Counted from the first letter of the stretch, positions 39,101 through 51,496 are shown. The stretch: DNA of 64,000 nt from Eledone cirrhosa (GCA_964016885.1 OZ024744.1:101308001-101372000), one strand, 5' to 3'. Program-made: numbers and translations. Notes: a model not told the origin generated them from the letters alone.

Positions 39101-41051
39101 TACCACCTTCACATACTAAACATGTACAGCACATTACCACATTCACATACTAAACATGTACAGCACACTACCACCTTTACATACTAAATATGTACAGCAC
39201 ATTACCACATTCACATACTAAACATGTACAGCACACTACCACATTCACATACTAAACATGTACAGCATACTACCACCTTCACATACTAAACATGTACAGC
39301 ACACTACCACCTTCACATACTAAACATGTACAGCACACTACCACATTCACATACTAAACATGTACAGCACACTACCACCTTCACATACTAAACATGTATA
39401 GCACATTACCACATTCACATACTAAACATGTACAGCACACTACCACCTTTACATACTAAACATGTACAGCACACTACCACCTTCACATACTAAACATGTA
39501 CAGCACATTACCACATTCACATACTAAACATGTACAGCACACTACCACATTCACATACTAAACATGTACAGCACACTACCACCTTCACATTCTAAACATG
39601 TACAGCACATTACCACATTCACATACTAAACATGTACAGCACACTACCACATTCACATACTAAACATGTACAGCACACTACCACCTTTACATACTAAACA
39701 TGTACAGCACACTACCACATTCACATACTAAACATGTACAGCACACTACCACCTTTACATACTAAACATGTACAGCACACTACCACCTTCACATACTAAA
39801 CATGTACAGCACATTACCACATTCACATACTAAACATGTACAGCACACTACCACATTCACATACTAAACATGTACAGCACACTACCCCCTTCACATACTA
39901 AACATGTACAGCACATTACCACATTCACATACTAAACATGTACAGCACACTACCACATTCACATACTAAACATGTACAGCACACTACCACATTCACATAC
40001 TAAACATGTGCAGCACACTACCACCTTCACATACTAAACATGTGCAGCACACTACCACCTTCACATACTAAACATGTACAGCACACTACCACCTTCACAT
40101 ACTAAACATGTACAGCACACTACCACATTCACATACTAAACATGTACAGCACACTACCACCTTTACATACTAAACATGTACAGCACATTACCACCTTCAC
40201 ATACTAAACATGTACAGCACACTACCACCTTCACATACTAAACATGTACAGCACACTGCCACATTCACATACTAAACATGTACAGCACACTACCACCTTC
40301 ACATACTAAACATGTACAGCACACTACCACCTTCACATACTAAACATGTACAGCACACTACCACCTTCACATACTAAACATGTGCAGCACACTACCACCT
40401 TCACATACTAAACATGTACAGCACATTACCACCTACACATACTAAACTTGTACAGCACACTACCACCTTCACATACTAAACATGTACAGCACACTACCAC
40501 CTTCACATACTAAACATGTACAGCACACTACCACCTTCACATACTAAACATGTACAGCACACTACCACCTTCACATAGTAAACATGTACAGCATACTACC
40601 ACCTTCACATACTAAACATGTACAGCACACTACCACCTTCACATGCTAAACATGTACAGCACACTACCACCTTCACATACTAAACATGTACAGCACACTA
40701 CCACCTTCACATACTAAACATGTACAGCACACTACCACCTTCACATACTAAACATGTACAGCACACTACCACCTTCACATACTAAACATGTGCAGCACAC
40801 TACCACCTTCACATACTAAACATGTGCAGCACACTACCACCTTCACATACTAAACATGTACAGCACACTACCACCTTCACATACTAAACATGTACAGCAC
40901 ACTACCACCTTCACATAGTAAACATGTACAGCACACTACCACCTACACATACTAAACATGTACAGCACACTACCACCTTCACATACTAAACATGTACAGC
41001 ACACTACCACCTTCACATACTAAACATGTACAGCACACTACCACCTTCACA
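36110..41051. repeat. 34-bp tandem satellite, ~145 copies (ACTAAACATGTACAGCACACTACCACCTTCACAT)
   Basis: Period of 34 read directly (36121, 36155, ...); few substitutions; no unique spacers. Confidence 0.98.
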
Positions 41052-42139
41052 ATTTCTCCAAATGCTATGCCTCACTGCCCCTGATCATCTCTCCTAGAAA
41101 TTCTCAAATCATTGAAACCACAGGCAGTCTAAAAGCTGATGATGTATATAAATGTTTGTGTGATCTTCTCTCGTCCATTTTCTTCCTTTTGTCTTTTCTT
41201 CCTATCATTTCTGCGAGCCGGTGATTTCTATCCTTTGAGTTGAATTTTACCCGACACTTTCATTGACGGCATTTTGCTGTTTTAAACAACTTCCTTGTGT
41301 TGAGTTCTTCTCATTATCCTACAAATAGAAAAGACTGTTTTGTTTTTACTCTTCAGAGCCAGAAAACACACATGAGTTCTCCAACGATTGCAAACACTTT
41401 ACAAAGCTTTGGTGAGACTCATAACAGAGTACTTCTTGCACATCTGGTACAGTGCTGCTGTTGCTACAACCTATAGCCATTGAAATAAAGGTTTCTTGAG
41501 AGATTGGTTTGAAGCTGATCCCAAACACATTCCAATGTGTGGTCTACAGATGTTATTCTCTTTCCATTTTTTTAGTGATCTCTGCTCCTCAGAGCTGGTT
41601 AGTTTCATACCAACATTTCTGTCTCTTATATCTCTTTTCTCATTACATATATTCTATCCACACTCCTAGGATCTACACCAATCTCTACATCCAATGAAGA
41701 CCATCTGCATGCTTTTTCTGCAGCTGTTATCTTGCAACCGTTTAAGCAGAATGTTGATGCCATCAGCCACACTAGTCATAGGGATTCTGTGAAACCATGG
41801 ACAAAATCTCTTCTTCCAAATAAAACCAGTAGCATATATATATATGTCTGTGAGTTTGTGTGTGTGCGCATGCATGCATATATGTGTCTGTGTGTGAGTG
41901 TGTGAGTGTGTGTGTATGCATGTATGTGTGTGTGTATGCATGCATGTATGTGTGTGTATGCATGTATGTGTGTCTGGCAGACTGCTGCACAATTTCCATC
42001 TATCAAATTCTACCCACAACATATTGGTTAATCCAAAGCTATGGCAGAAGAAAGACACTTGCCACTTACCTAAAGTATTATACAATGGGAGATTGAACCC
42101 AGAACCTTGAGGTTTTGAAAGAATCAGAAAATACTTTAA

Positions 42140-42360
42140 CCCTTTATCATTTACATTACTCTATATATACTATTGCATTTTTATGGTAAAAGCTTTACCT
42201 CACATAATTATCTCACATAATATCTAATCTATGAGATTTTGATATTATCTATTTTGAGAACAATACCTAAACATCGATATGAACAGCCGGTTATGGCCAG
42301 TTTGAACAGTAAGAAGTGAGAGAATTCTGGTTGAATACTGACGGTTTAAATGGTAAAAAG
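42140..42360 (-). mobile_element. piggyBac-type MITE, inverted copy of the 30239 element
   Basis: TTAA-CCCTTTATCATT ... AATGGTAAAAAG-TTAA; internal sequence is the reverse complement of 30239-30433. Confidence 0.8.
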
Positions 42361-42603
42361 TTAATCGTAAATATTGAAAGTGTATAAAGGATATGAAGAA
42401 CTCAAGAGCTAGTAAGATAAATAATTTGTAATATAACCAGCTGATAATTATAATATTTAAGCTGGACTGCAGAGAGACAATATAGTTTTATCTGCACAAT
42501 TGACAAAGTGGAGATTAAAACGGATATATAAAAATAAATCTTACAATAGAAATATGTATGATATATACACATTTATGTATACACACACACACACATATGT
42601 GTA

Positions 42604-42673
<70 letters not shown>

Positions 42674-42737
42674 AGGATAAGTCTTACAATACAAATATAT
42701 TCAATATACACCCACACAAATACATACATATATGTGC

Positions 42738-42772
<35 letters not shown>

Positions 42773-42817
42773 GAATTATTGAAGTTGAAATACTGGAAAT
42801 TGGAAATTTGAAAATGT

Positions 42818-42984
42818 GAGAGTCTCAAGTGCAGAAAATAACTGTAATAGCAGTTGATTGCTATAGATAATAGTTGAGAAAATTAGATGAATTACAGTTA
42901 GCGATGTAACTTACAACAATTTCCTCAACTATTATCTATAGTGATCAACAATTATTACAGTTATTTTCTTCACTTGGGACTCTC
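42818..42984. repeat. Imperfect ~67-bp inverted repeat with 33-nt loop (MITE-like foldback)
   Basis: GAGAGTCTCAAGTG.AGAAAATAACTGTAATA... versus ...TATTACAGTTATTTTCT.CACTTGGGACTCTC. Confidence 0.88.
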
Positions 42985-43047
42985 TCTCACACACACGCAC
43001 ACACACACACACACACACGCACACACACACACGCACACACACACACA

Positions 43048-43396
43048 CACATGGCTTAGTGGTTAGAGCATTGGCCTTGCAATCGAAAGGTTGTGAGTTC
43101 AATTCTCAGACCGAGTGATGTGTTGTTTCCTTGAGCAAGATACTTTATTTCACATTGCTCCAGTTTACTCAGCTGTAGAAATGAGATGATAGGGACTGGG
43201 GTCCCTATCATTCCACTGCAGAGTGGTCGTGGAGGTGCCACAGCAAAAAAGCACCCAGCACTCACTGTAAATGAGGTTGGTGTTAGGAACGGCATCTAGC
43301 TGTAGAAATAAAGCCAGAATCAGTTCCCGTCCCACCCTTGCAAGCAGGGAAAAGTGGACGTAAAATGATGATGATGAAAATGATGATGATGATGAT
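43048..43396 (+). mobile_element. CORE-type SINE, same young family
   Basis: Same A/B boxes, CORE segment and GGACGTAAAATGATGATG tail; inserted at the end of a (CA)n tract. Confidence 0.88.
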
Positions 43397-43597
43397 ATAT
43401 ATGTGTGTGAATGTGAGTGCATCACCTGAGAATTGTCAGCATGAAACTCAGAGTAATGACTCACAAAGACTCATCTTTGAATAAATATTATTCTCTGTTA
43501 CAGTGTTGTGACGTATTTTATTTTACTGCTTTGTATTGCATCTCAGGATTATCTCATAAGAGTTAACACAAACACAAACACACACAAATATATATAT

Positions 43598-43647
<50 letters not shown>

Positions 43648-43705
43648 TTTCCATGGGTACAGGCTGAAACTGAAACATATATACAAGTAGGCTCCCACCA
43701 CTTAT

Positions 43706-44595
43706 CCCACTGTAAAGTGGTCATGTAGGTGTCACAACAAAAAGCACCCAGTACTCACTGTAAGGTGGTCATGTAGGTGTCACAACAAAAAGCACCCACC
43801 CCACACTGTAAAGTGGTCATGTAGGTGTCACAACAAAAAACACCCAGTACTCACTGTAAAGTGGTTGTGTAGGTGTCACAACAAAAAGCACCCAGTACTC
43901 ACTGTAAGGTGGTCATGTAGGTGTCACAACAAAAAGCACCCACCCCACACTGTAAAGTGGTCATGTAGGTGTCACAACAAAAAGCACCCAGCCCACACCG
44001 TAAAGTGGTCATGTAGGTGTCACAACAAAAAGCACCCAGCCCACACTGTAAAGTGGTCATGTAGGTGTCATGACAAAAAGCTCCCAGTCCACACTGTAAA
44101 GTGGTCATGTAGGTGTCATGACAAAAAGCTCCCAGTCCACACTGTAAAGTGGTCATGTAGGTGTCACAACAAAAAGCACCCAGCCCACACTGTAAAGTGG
44201 TCATGTAGGTGTCACAACAAAAAGCACCCAGTCCACACTGTAAAGTGGTCATGTAGGTGTCACAACAAAAAGCACCCAGTCCACACTGTAAAGTGGTCAT
44301 GTAGGTGTCACAACAAAAAGCACCCAGCCCACACTGTAAAGTGGTCATGTAGGTGTCACAACAAAAAGCACCCAGTCCACACTGTAAAGTGGTCATGTAG
44401 GTGTCACAACAAAAAGCACCCAGTACTCATTGTAAATGAAGTTGACATTAGGAAGGGCATCTAGCTTTAGAAACCAAGTCAAAATCAGTTCTGTATGAGC
44501 AAGTCATGGTCACCTGACCTGGCATTGCCCAAAACAGGACAACTTGTCTAACCCATGCTAGCATGGAAAAATAGACATAAAACGATGATGATGAT
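43706..44595 (+). repeat. 48-bp minisatellite (~15 copies) running into a SINE 3' tail
   Basis: Unit CCACACTGTAAAGTGGTCATGTAGGTGTCACAACAAAAAGCACCCAG(C/T); after ~44435 continues as TTAGGAAGGGCATC...CCCATGCTAGCATGGAAAA...(ATG)n. Confidence 0.95.
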
Positions 44596-45612
44596 ATACA
44601 TATATATTATTAAAAGATCGGAGGTCATAACCAGTTGATTCAGGTTTATCTAAAACTCTGTTATACATGTTTCACAAACGATTATCAGTTATGATAGCCT
44701 GAGCTCTTCAGATGGGAAAACCTATAAAAACTTTGAAAATATTGAAAGTTCCTATAAAAAAAAAAAAAATTTTAAATTAGAAAAAAAAAAAAATCCTTAA
44801 AAAGAATTTTTTTTCTTGATACAGGATAAGACAACCACTCTTGCCTCAAGTGGGAAAACCTCCGTCCAAACCCATGCAAGCGTGGAACACGGACGTTAAA
44901 CGATGATGATGATGATGATGATGATATATATATTACATAGCAACCTCTCTAGTGTTAATATGTTGGTACTATTATAAAATGCATCCAGTACATTCTGTAA
45001 AGAGATTGCTGTTAGAAAGGGTATCCAATCATAAAATCCATGTCAGAATGTGAAATATATGTGCTAAACATAACTGTTTTATCGAGGGCTGTGACAACCT
45101 GTTCAACCCATGTCAGCATGGACAGAGGGTATAAAATGATGATGATGATATACCATCATCATTATCATCACTGTTTAAAGTCTGCTTTTCTTGCTGGTAT
45201 GGGATAGAAGTAAGCTGCAAAGTTAAATAAGTCAATCAAAGGCCTAACACTCCTATCAATATAAATATGAATATAAATCTAAATGTGCATGTGTATGTGT
45301 ATGAAGGTGTGTTTGTGTCTATGTATTCACACACACACACAGATGTACTTAGATATCTATTTAGACATACACACAAGACGATCTCATACACATTAAAGGA
45401 TATTTAGAGAAATGAAGAAAAAGAATAGGATGAATGTATGTGTGATACCTATAAAAAGAAATCCTGCCATTGAACTAATATTGTCCTCTTTAACAAGTTA
45501 ATCTACATACTTCGGGCAAACTTACTTCTCTTAGTTGTCACTATATCTCTATGATAGAAAAGGTATTTTAGAATTAAATAGTGCAAGTATAGCTTATTTG
45601 TACCTGTAGATA

Positions 45613-46185
45613 TTGTCCAAGTTAAGGGACAAAACACTTACTTACGGTAGGTTTCTTCTGTGAAGACCTTCTGTTGTCCAGCTCTCCTGAGAATTTCTTA
45701 CCACTATATATATACTTGTAAATACTGACCAAGTTAAGGGCTGAAACACTCACTTGAAGAGGGGTTTCTTCTCTGAAGACCTTCTGTTGTCCAGCTCCCC
45801 CTGAGAATTTCTTACTACTATATATATACTTGTAAATATTGACCAAGTTAAGGGCTGAAACACTCACTTGCAGAGGGGTTTCTTCTCTGAAGACCTTCTG
45901 TTGTCCAGCTCCCCCTGAGAGATTCTTACCACTATATATACTTGTAAATATTGTCCAAGTTAAGGGCTGAAACACACTTTAAGAGGGGTTTCTTCTGTGA
46001 AGACCTTCTGTTGTCCAGCTCTCCTGAGAGTTTCTTACCACTATATATACTTGTAAATATTGTCCAAGTTAAGGGCTTAAACATTCGCTTTAAGAGTGGT
46101 TTCTTTTCTGAAGACCTTCTGCTGTCCTGCTCTCCTGGGAGTTTCTTGCCACTATTTGTACTTGTAAAATATTGTCCAAGTAAAA
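45613..46185. repeat. ~111-bp tandem repeat, 5 copies
   Basis: TG(T/A)CCAAGTTAAGGG recurs at about 45613, 45726, 45840, 45951, 46061 and (degenerate) 46172. Confidence 0.92.
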
Positions 46186-46297
46186 GAGAATTACTAGTGT
46201 TTTTGTTGTTTTGGTGGGTCTAGATGTAATATCTAGAGAGCCATTGAAATTGAGGACTTTTGTTTCACTGTTGTTAGAATAGTAAAGCTATGTGTAT

Positions 46298-46450
46298 ATC
46301 AGTGTCCGAGTGATTTAAGAAGTTTATTTCATAATCATGCAATTCTGAGTTCAATCCTTTGGACGAGTGTCATTTACCATAGCCTAGGATTGACCAATAC
46401 TTTGATAGTGGAATTTGGTAGACAGAAACTATGCAGAAGCTCCTGTGTGT
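46298..46450 (+). mobile_element. Third tRNA-derived SINE family (reverse copy at ~41975-42125)
   Basis: GAGTTCAATCC B box and 3' GAATTTGGTAGACAGAAACT..GCAGAAGC; matches the reverse of 41975-42125. Confidence 0.6.
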
Positions 46451-46463
46451 GTATATATATATA

Positions 46464-46817
46464 GGAGGCACATGGCTTAGTGGTTAGAGCATTGGCCTTG
46501 CAATCGAAAGGTTGTGAGTTCAATTCTCAGACCGGGTGATGTGTTGTTTCCTTGAGCAAGACACTTTATTTCACATTGCTCCAGTTTACTCAGCTGTAGA
46601 AATGAGATGATAGGGACTGGGGTCCCTATCATTCCACTGCAAAGTGGTCGTGGAGGTACCACGGCAAAAAAGCACCCAGCACTCACTGTAAATGAGGTTG
46701 GTGTTAGGAAGGGCATCCAGCTGTAGAAATCAAGCCAGAATCAGTTCCCATCCCACCCTTGCAAGCAGGGAAAAAGTGGACGTAAAATGAAATGATGATG
46801 ATGATGATGATGATGAT
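46464..46817 (+). mobile_element. CORE-type SINE, same young family
   Basis: GGAGGCACATGGCTTAGTGG head to (ATG)n tail; follows a (TA)n tract. Confidence 0.88.
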
Positions 46818-46983
46818 ACATGTGTAAATATATAAGCCTTGAAGCCTTAGTTTCTTTTCAGTTACATACATGTGCAGCTGAGCAAGTAACTTTCACATAT
46901 CTATGACCAAGTATCCCACTCACTGTCCAAGATTACTTACCTCACTTATAATGTGTTTATTGTTGTTGTTCTTCTTGTTGTTG

Positions 46984-47028
<45 letters not shown>

Positions 47029-47334
47029 TTGCTATTGTATTAATGGTACAGGTGACCAGTGTGGTAACTAGTGAATGTAAAACATGCTTATACACATTTT
47101 TGTTTTGAAATCTTCCTTTCTCCTTCATCCCAGGATTGTCCAGAACAACTGAAAAGCTACTCAGAAAACATCTTGACATTTTCACTTGCGTATCACAAAC
47201 TGTTTGGTGTAGAGAGGGTGTCAGACATAGTCTTTTTTGTACTCCTCTACTTTGCCATGATAGAATTTTAAGTGTAATGTCATGGTGTAGAGGTGGGTCA
47301 TGTGATGAAGGTGGGAGAAGAGTAAAGTAAAGAT

Positions 47335-48745
47335 AGGTCATGTGATGGTTGTAGGAGGTAGTGTAGAGTAAAAACATTGGTCATGTGATGGTTGTGGGAG
47401 GTAGTGTAGAGTAAAAATATTGGTCATGTGATGATGGTGGGAGGTAGTGTAGAGTAGAGGTAGGTCTTATGATGGTGGTAGGAGGTAGTGTAGTGATGGA
47501 TCATGTGACGGTGGTAGGAGGTAGTGTAGAGTAAAGATATAGGTGGTATGGTTATATCATAGTGGTATGGTTATGTGACAGTGGTATGGTGGTATGGTTA
47601 TATCATAGTGGTATAGTTATGTGACAGTGTTGTGGTGGTATGGTTATATCATAGTGATATGGTGACGTGACATTGGTATGGTGGTGTGGTTATATCATAG
47701 TGGTATGGTTATATCATAGTGGTATGGTTATGTGACAGTGGTATGGTGGTGTGGTTATATCATAGTGGTATAGTTATGTGACAGTGGTATGGTTACGTGA
47801 CAGTGGTATGGTTATATCATAGTGGTATGGTTACATGACAGTGGTATGGTGGTATGGTTATATCATAGTGGTATGGTTATGTGACAGTGGTATGGTGGTA
47901 TGGTTACATCATAGTGGTATAGTTATGTGACAGTGGTATGGTTATGTGACAGTGGTATGGTGGTATGGTTATATCATAGTGGTATGGTTATGTGACAGTG
48001 GTATGGTGGTATGGTTATATCATAGTGCTATGGTTACATGACAGCGGTATGGTGGTATGGTTATATCATAGTGGTATGGTTATGTGACAGTGGTATGGTG
48101 GTATGGTTACATCATAGTGGTATAGTTATGTGACAGTGGTATGGTTATGTGACAGTGGTATGGTGGTATGGTTATATCATAGTGGTATGGTTATGTGACA
48201 GTGGTATGGTGGTATGGTTATATCATAGTGGTATGGTTATGTGACAGTGGTATGGTGGTATGGTTATATCATAGTGCTATGGTTACATGACAGCGGTATG
48301 GTGGTATGGTTATATCATAGTGGTATGGTTATGTGACAGTGGCATGGTGGTATGGTTATATCATAGTGGTATGGTTATGTGACAGTGGTATGGTGGTATG
48401 GTTATATCATAGTGGTATGGTTATGTGACAGTGGTATGGTGGTGTGGTTATATCATAGTGGTATGGTTACGTGACAGTGGTATGGTGGTATGGTTATATC
48501 ATAGTGGTATGGTTATGTGACAGTGGTATGGTTACATGATGGTGGTATGGTTATATCATAGTGGTATGGTTATGTGACAGTGGTATGGTGGTATGGTTAT
48601 ATCATAGTGGTATGGTTATGTGACAGTGGTATGGTGGTATGGTTATATCATAGTGGTATGGTTATGTGACAGTGGTATGGTGGTATGGTTATATCATAGT
48701 GGTATGGTTATGTGACAGTGGTATGGTTACATGATGGTGGTATGG
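47335..48745. repeat. Compound GT-rich minisatellite: ~43-bp units, then 46-bp higher-order units (19+19+8)
   Basis: GTGGTATGGTTATATCATA / GTGGTATGGTTATGTGACA / GTGGTATG subunits alternate. Confidence 0.93.
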
Positions 48746-48799
48746 ACGCAACATACTTATTCTAAAAACCTGAACATACATGGCATTAGTATTGATTAT

Positions 48800-49007
48800 T
48801 AGTTTAGGCAAAGGGCCAGAAAATTTGGCGGAAGGGGAAAGTTGATTGAACCAAACCTAAGTACTTGACTGGTACTTTATTTTATTGACCTCAGAAGGAT
48901 GAAAGGCAAAGTTGACCTCAATAAGTGGGATTTGAACTCAGAATATAAAAAGCCAAAACAAATACTGCAATGGTATTTTGTCTGATGCTCTGCTGATTCT
49001 GCCAATG
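48800..49007 (-). mobile_element. Meta-like SINE copy
   Basis: ACTGGTACTTTATTTTATTGACC...GGATGAAAGGCAAAGTTGACCTC...GATTTGAACTCAG. Confidence 0.72.
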
Positions 49008-49183
49008 GCATTAATATTGATCAATCTAGATAGTTATGATGTAACGAGAGTGGATGGTAGGCCAAATACATTTGAAATCAGACATGAGATTTATAGAAAA
49101 TTAAAAATATCAAAATATAAATGTTATTACTGATAATGATACAGCTTGCACTCATGGTAGCAAGAGTTGTCTTTATAAAGAAT

Positions 49184-49365
49184 AATAATTGTTTCTACTT
49201 TAGGCACAAGGCCAGCAATTACCCAGTGCATTACTGGTACTTTATTTTATCGACTTTTTAAGGATGAAAGGCAAAATCAACCTCAGCGGGATTTGAACTC
49301 AGCTCGTAAAGGGACGTAACTATGCTGGAAAGCATGGCGTCCGATCCTCTACCGATACTGCCAAA
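49184..49365 (-). mobile_element. Meta-like SINE copy
   Basis: Same motifs; closely similar to 61622-61817. Confidence 0.75.
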
Positions 49366-49427
49366 TAATGATGATGATTTTGATAGTAGATCTATCTGTT
49401 ATTTGTGTTTACATATTTAAGACATAA

Positions 49428-50256
49428 GAAAATACCCAACCCACACCGTAAAGTGGTCATGTAGGTGTCACGACAAAAAACACCCAACCCACACCGTAAA
49501 GTGGTCATGTAGGTGTCACGACAAAAAGCACCCAGTCCACACCGTAAAGTGGTCATGTAGGTGTCACGACAAAAAGCACCCAGTCCACACTGTAAAGTGG
49601 TCATGTAGGTGCCACGACAAAAAGCACCCAGTCCACACTGTAAAGTGGTCATGTAGGTATCACGACAAAAAGCACCTAGTCCACACTGTAAAGTGGTCAT
49701 GTAGGTGTCACAACAAAAAGCACCCAGTCCACACTGTAAAGTGGTCATGTAGGTGCCACGACAAAAAGCACCCAGTCCACACTGTAAAGTGGTCATGTAG
49801 GTGTGAAGACAAAAAGCAACTCAGTCCACACTGTAAAGTGGTTATGTAGGTGTGAAGACAAAAAGCAACCCAGGCCACAATGTAAAGTGGTCATGTAGGT
49901 GTCACACGTAAAAGCACCCAGCCCACACTGTAATATGGTCATGTAAGTGTCATGACAAAAAGCACCCAGTCTACACTGTAAAGTGGTCATGTTGGTATTG
50001 TAACAAAAAGCACCAAGTCCACACTATAAAGTAATCATTTTGGTGCCACAATAAAAGGCATCCAGTTCGCACTGTAAATGTGGTTGGCATTAGGAAGGGC
50101 ATCCATCCATAGAAAACCAAGCCAAAATCAGTCCAGTGTGAGCAGGAAATGGTCATCTGCTTTGGCTTGGCTTACATCTGGACAACTCATCTAACCCATG
50201 CTAGCGTGGAAAAATGGACGTTAAACAGTGATGATGATGATGATGATGATGATGAT
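49428..50256 (+). repeat. 48-bp minisatellite (~13 copies) running into a SINE 3' tail
   Basis: Same unit and same 3' continuation as 43706-44595. Confidence 0.95.
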
Positions 50257-50621
50257 TAGATGGTGGTGAATTGACACAGTCATTAGAACAACAGATAGAA
50301 GACTTTGTAGCATTCGTTCAAACTCTCTCTCTACTTTCTGAGTTCTAATCCTACTAAAGTCAACTCCCCTTTCGTGTCAAAATGGGTGACTTCCTCTGTC
50401 TCTTTCTTTCTAATTCTCTAGAAGAAGCTGGAGAGGGGATGGGCTCTGTGACCCATAACTCCCGTTCAAGTTACAGGTTTATATACCCATACATTTCAGA
50501 CATAGTGGAAGACATTTGACACAAGTGTGATGTTGTCGTTCAAAGCTAAACCTTAATCGTAACCCTAACTTTATGTTGTTATGCAGCACACTTCTTAACC
50601 ATGCAGCTATGATTGATTCTA

Positions 50622-50622
50622 T

Positions 50623-50657
<35 letters not shown>

Positions 50658-51496
50658 TGTCGTCGTCATCATCATCATCATCATCAGCATCAACATCATC
50701 ATCATCTTCATTATTGTCATCATCATCACAATCATCATCATCATCGTTGTGATCATCGTTGTCATCATCATCATTGTCGTCATCACCTCCACCACCACTA
50801 CCACCACCACCATCACCACCACCACCTCCACCACCACCACCACCACCACCACCACCTCCACCATCGCCGCTACCACCATCACCTCCACCACCACCACCAC
50901 CACCACCACCTCCTCCACCATCGCCGCTACCACCATCACCTCCACCACCACCCCCACCACCACCACCACCACCTCCACCATCGCCGCTACCACCATCACC
51001 TCCACCACCACCACCACCACCACCACCACCTCTACCATCGCCGCTACCACTATCACCTCCACCACCACTACCACCACCACCACCTCCACCACCTCCACCA
51101 CCACCACCACCTCCACCATCGCCGCTACCACCATCACCTCCACCACCACCACCACCACCACCACCACCACCTCCACCACCACCACCTCCACCATCGCCGC
51201 TACCACCATCACCTCCACGACCACCACCACCACCACTGCCGCCACCGCAACAACCATCACCTTCACCACCACCACCACTACCACTACTGCCACCTCCACC
51301 ATCGCCACTACCACCATCACCTCCACCACCACCACCACCGCCGCCACCGCAACAACCATCACCTTCACCACCACCACCACTACCACTACTGCCACCTCCA
51401 CCATCGCCACGGCCACCATCACCTCCACCAACACCACCACCACTACCACTGCCGCCGCTGCTACCGCCATCACCCTCATCATTATTACCATCACCC

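Noticed and set aside
36110-41051. CRISPR-like array (34-bp periodicity)
   Set aside because: Units are head-to-tail with no unique spacers, there are no cas genes, and the context is eukaryotic
43865-44464. 199-aa Cys/His/Lys-rich ORF and antisense 165-aa ORF (also 49392-49796)
   Set aside because: Stop-free by-product of a 48-bp (multiple of 3) SINE-derived repeat; no splice or start context
46464-46535. tRNA gene (A and B boxes)
   Set aside because: It is the head of a SINE that continues into the CORE segment and tail; no full cloverleaf or poly-T terminator
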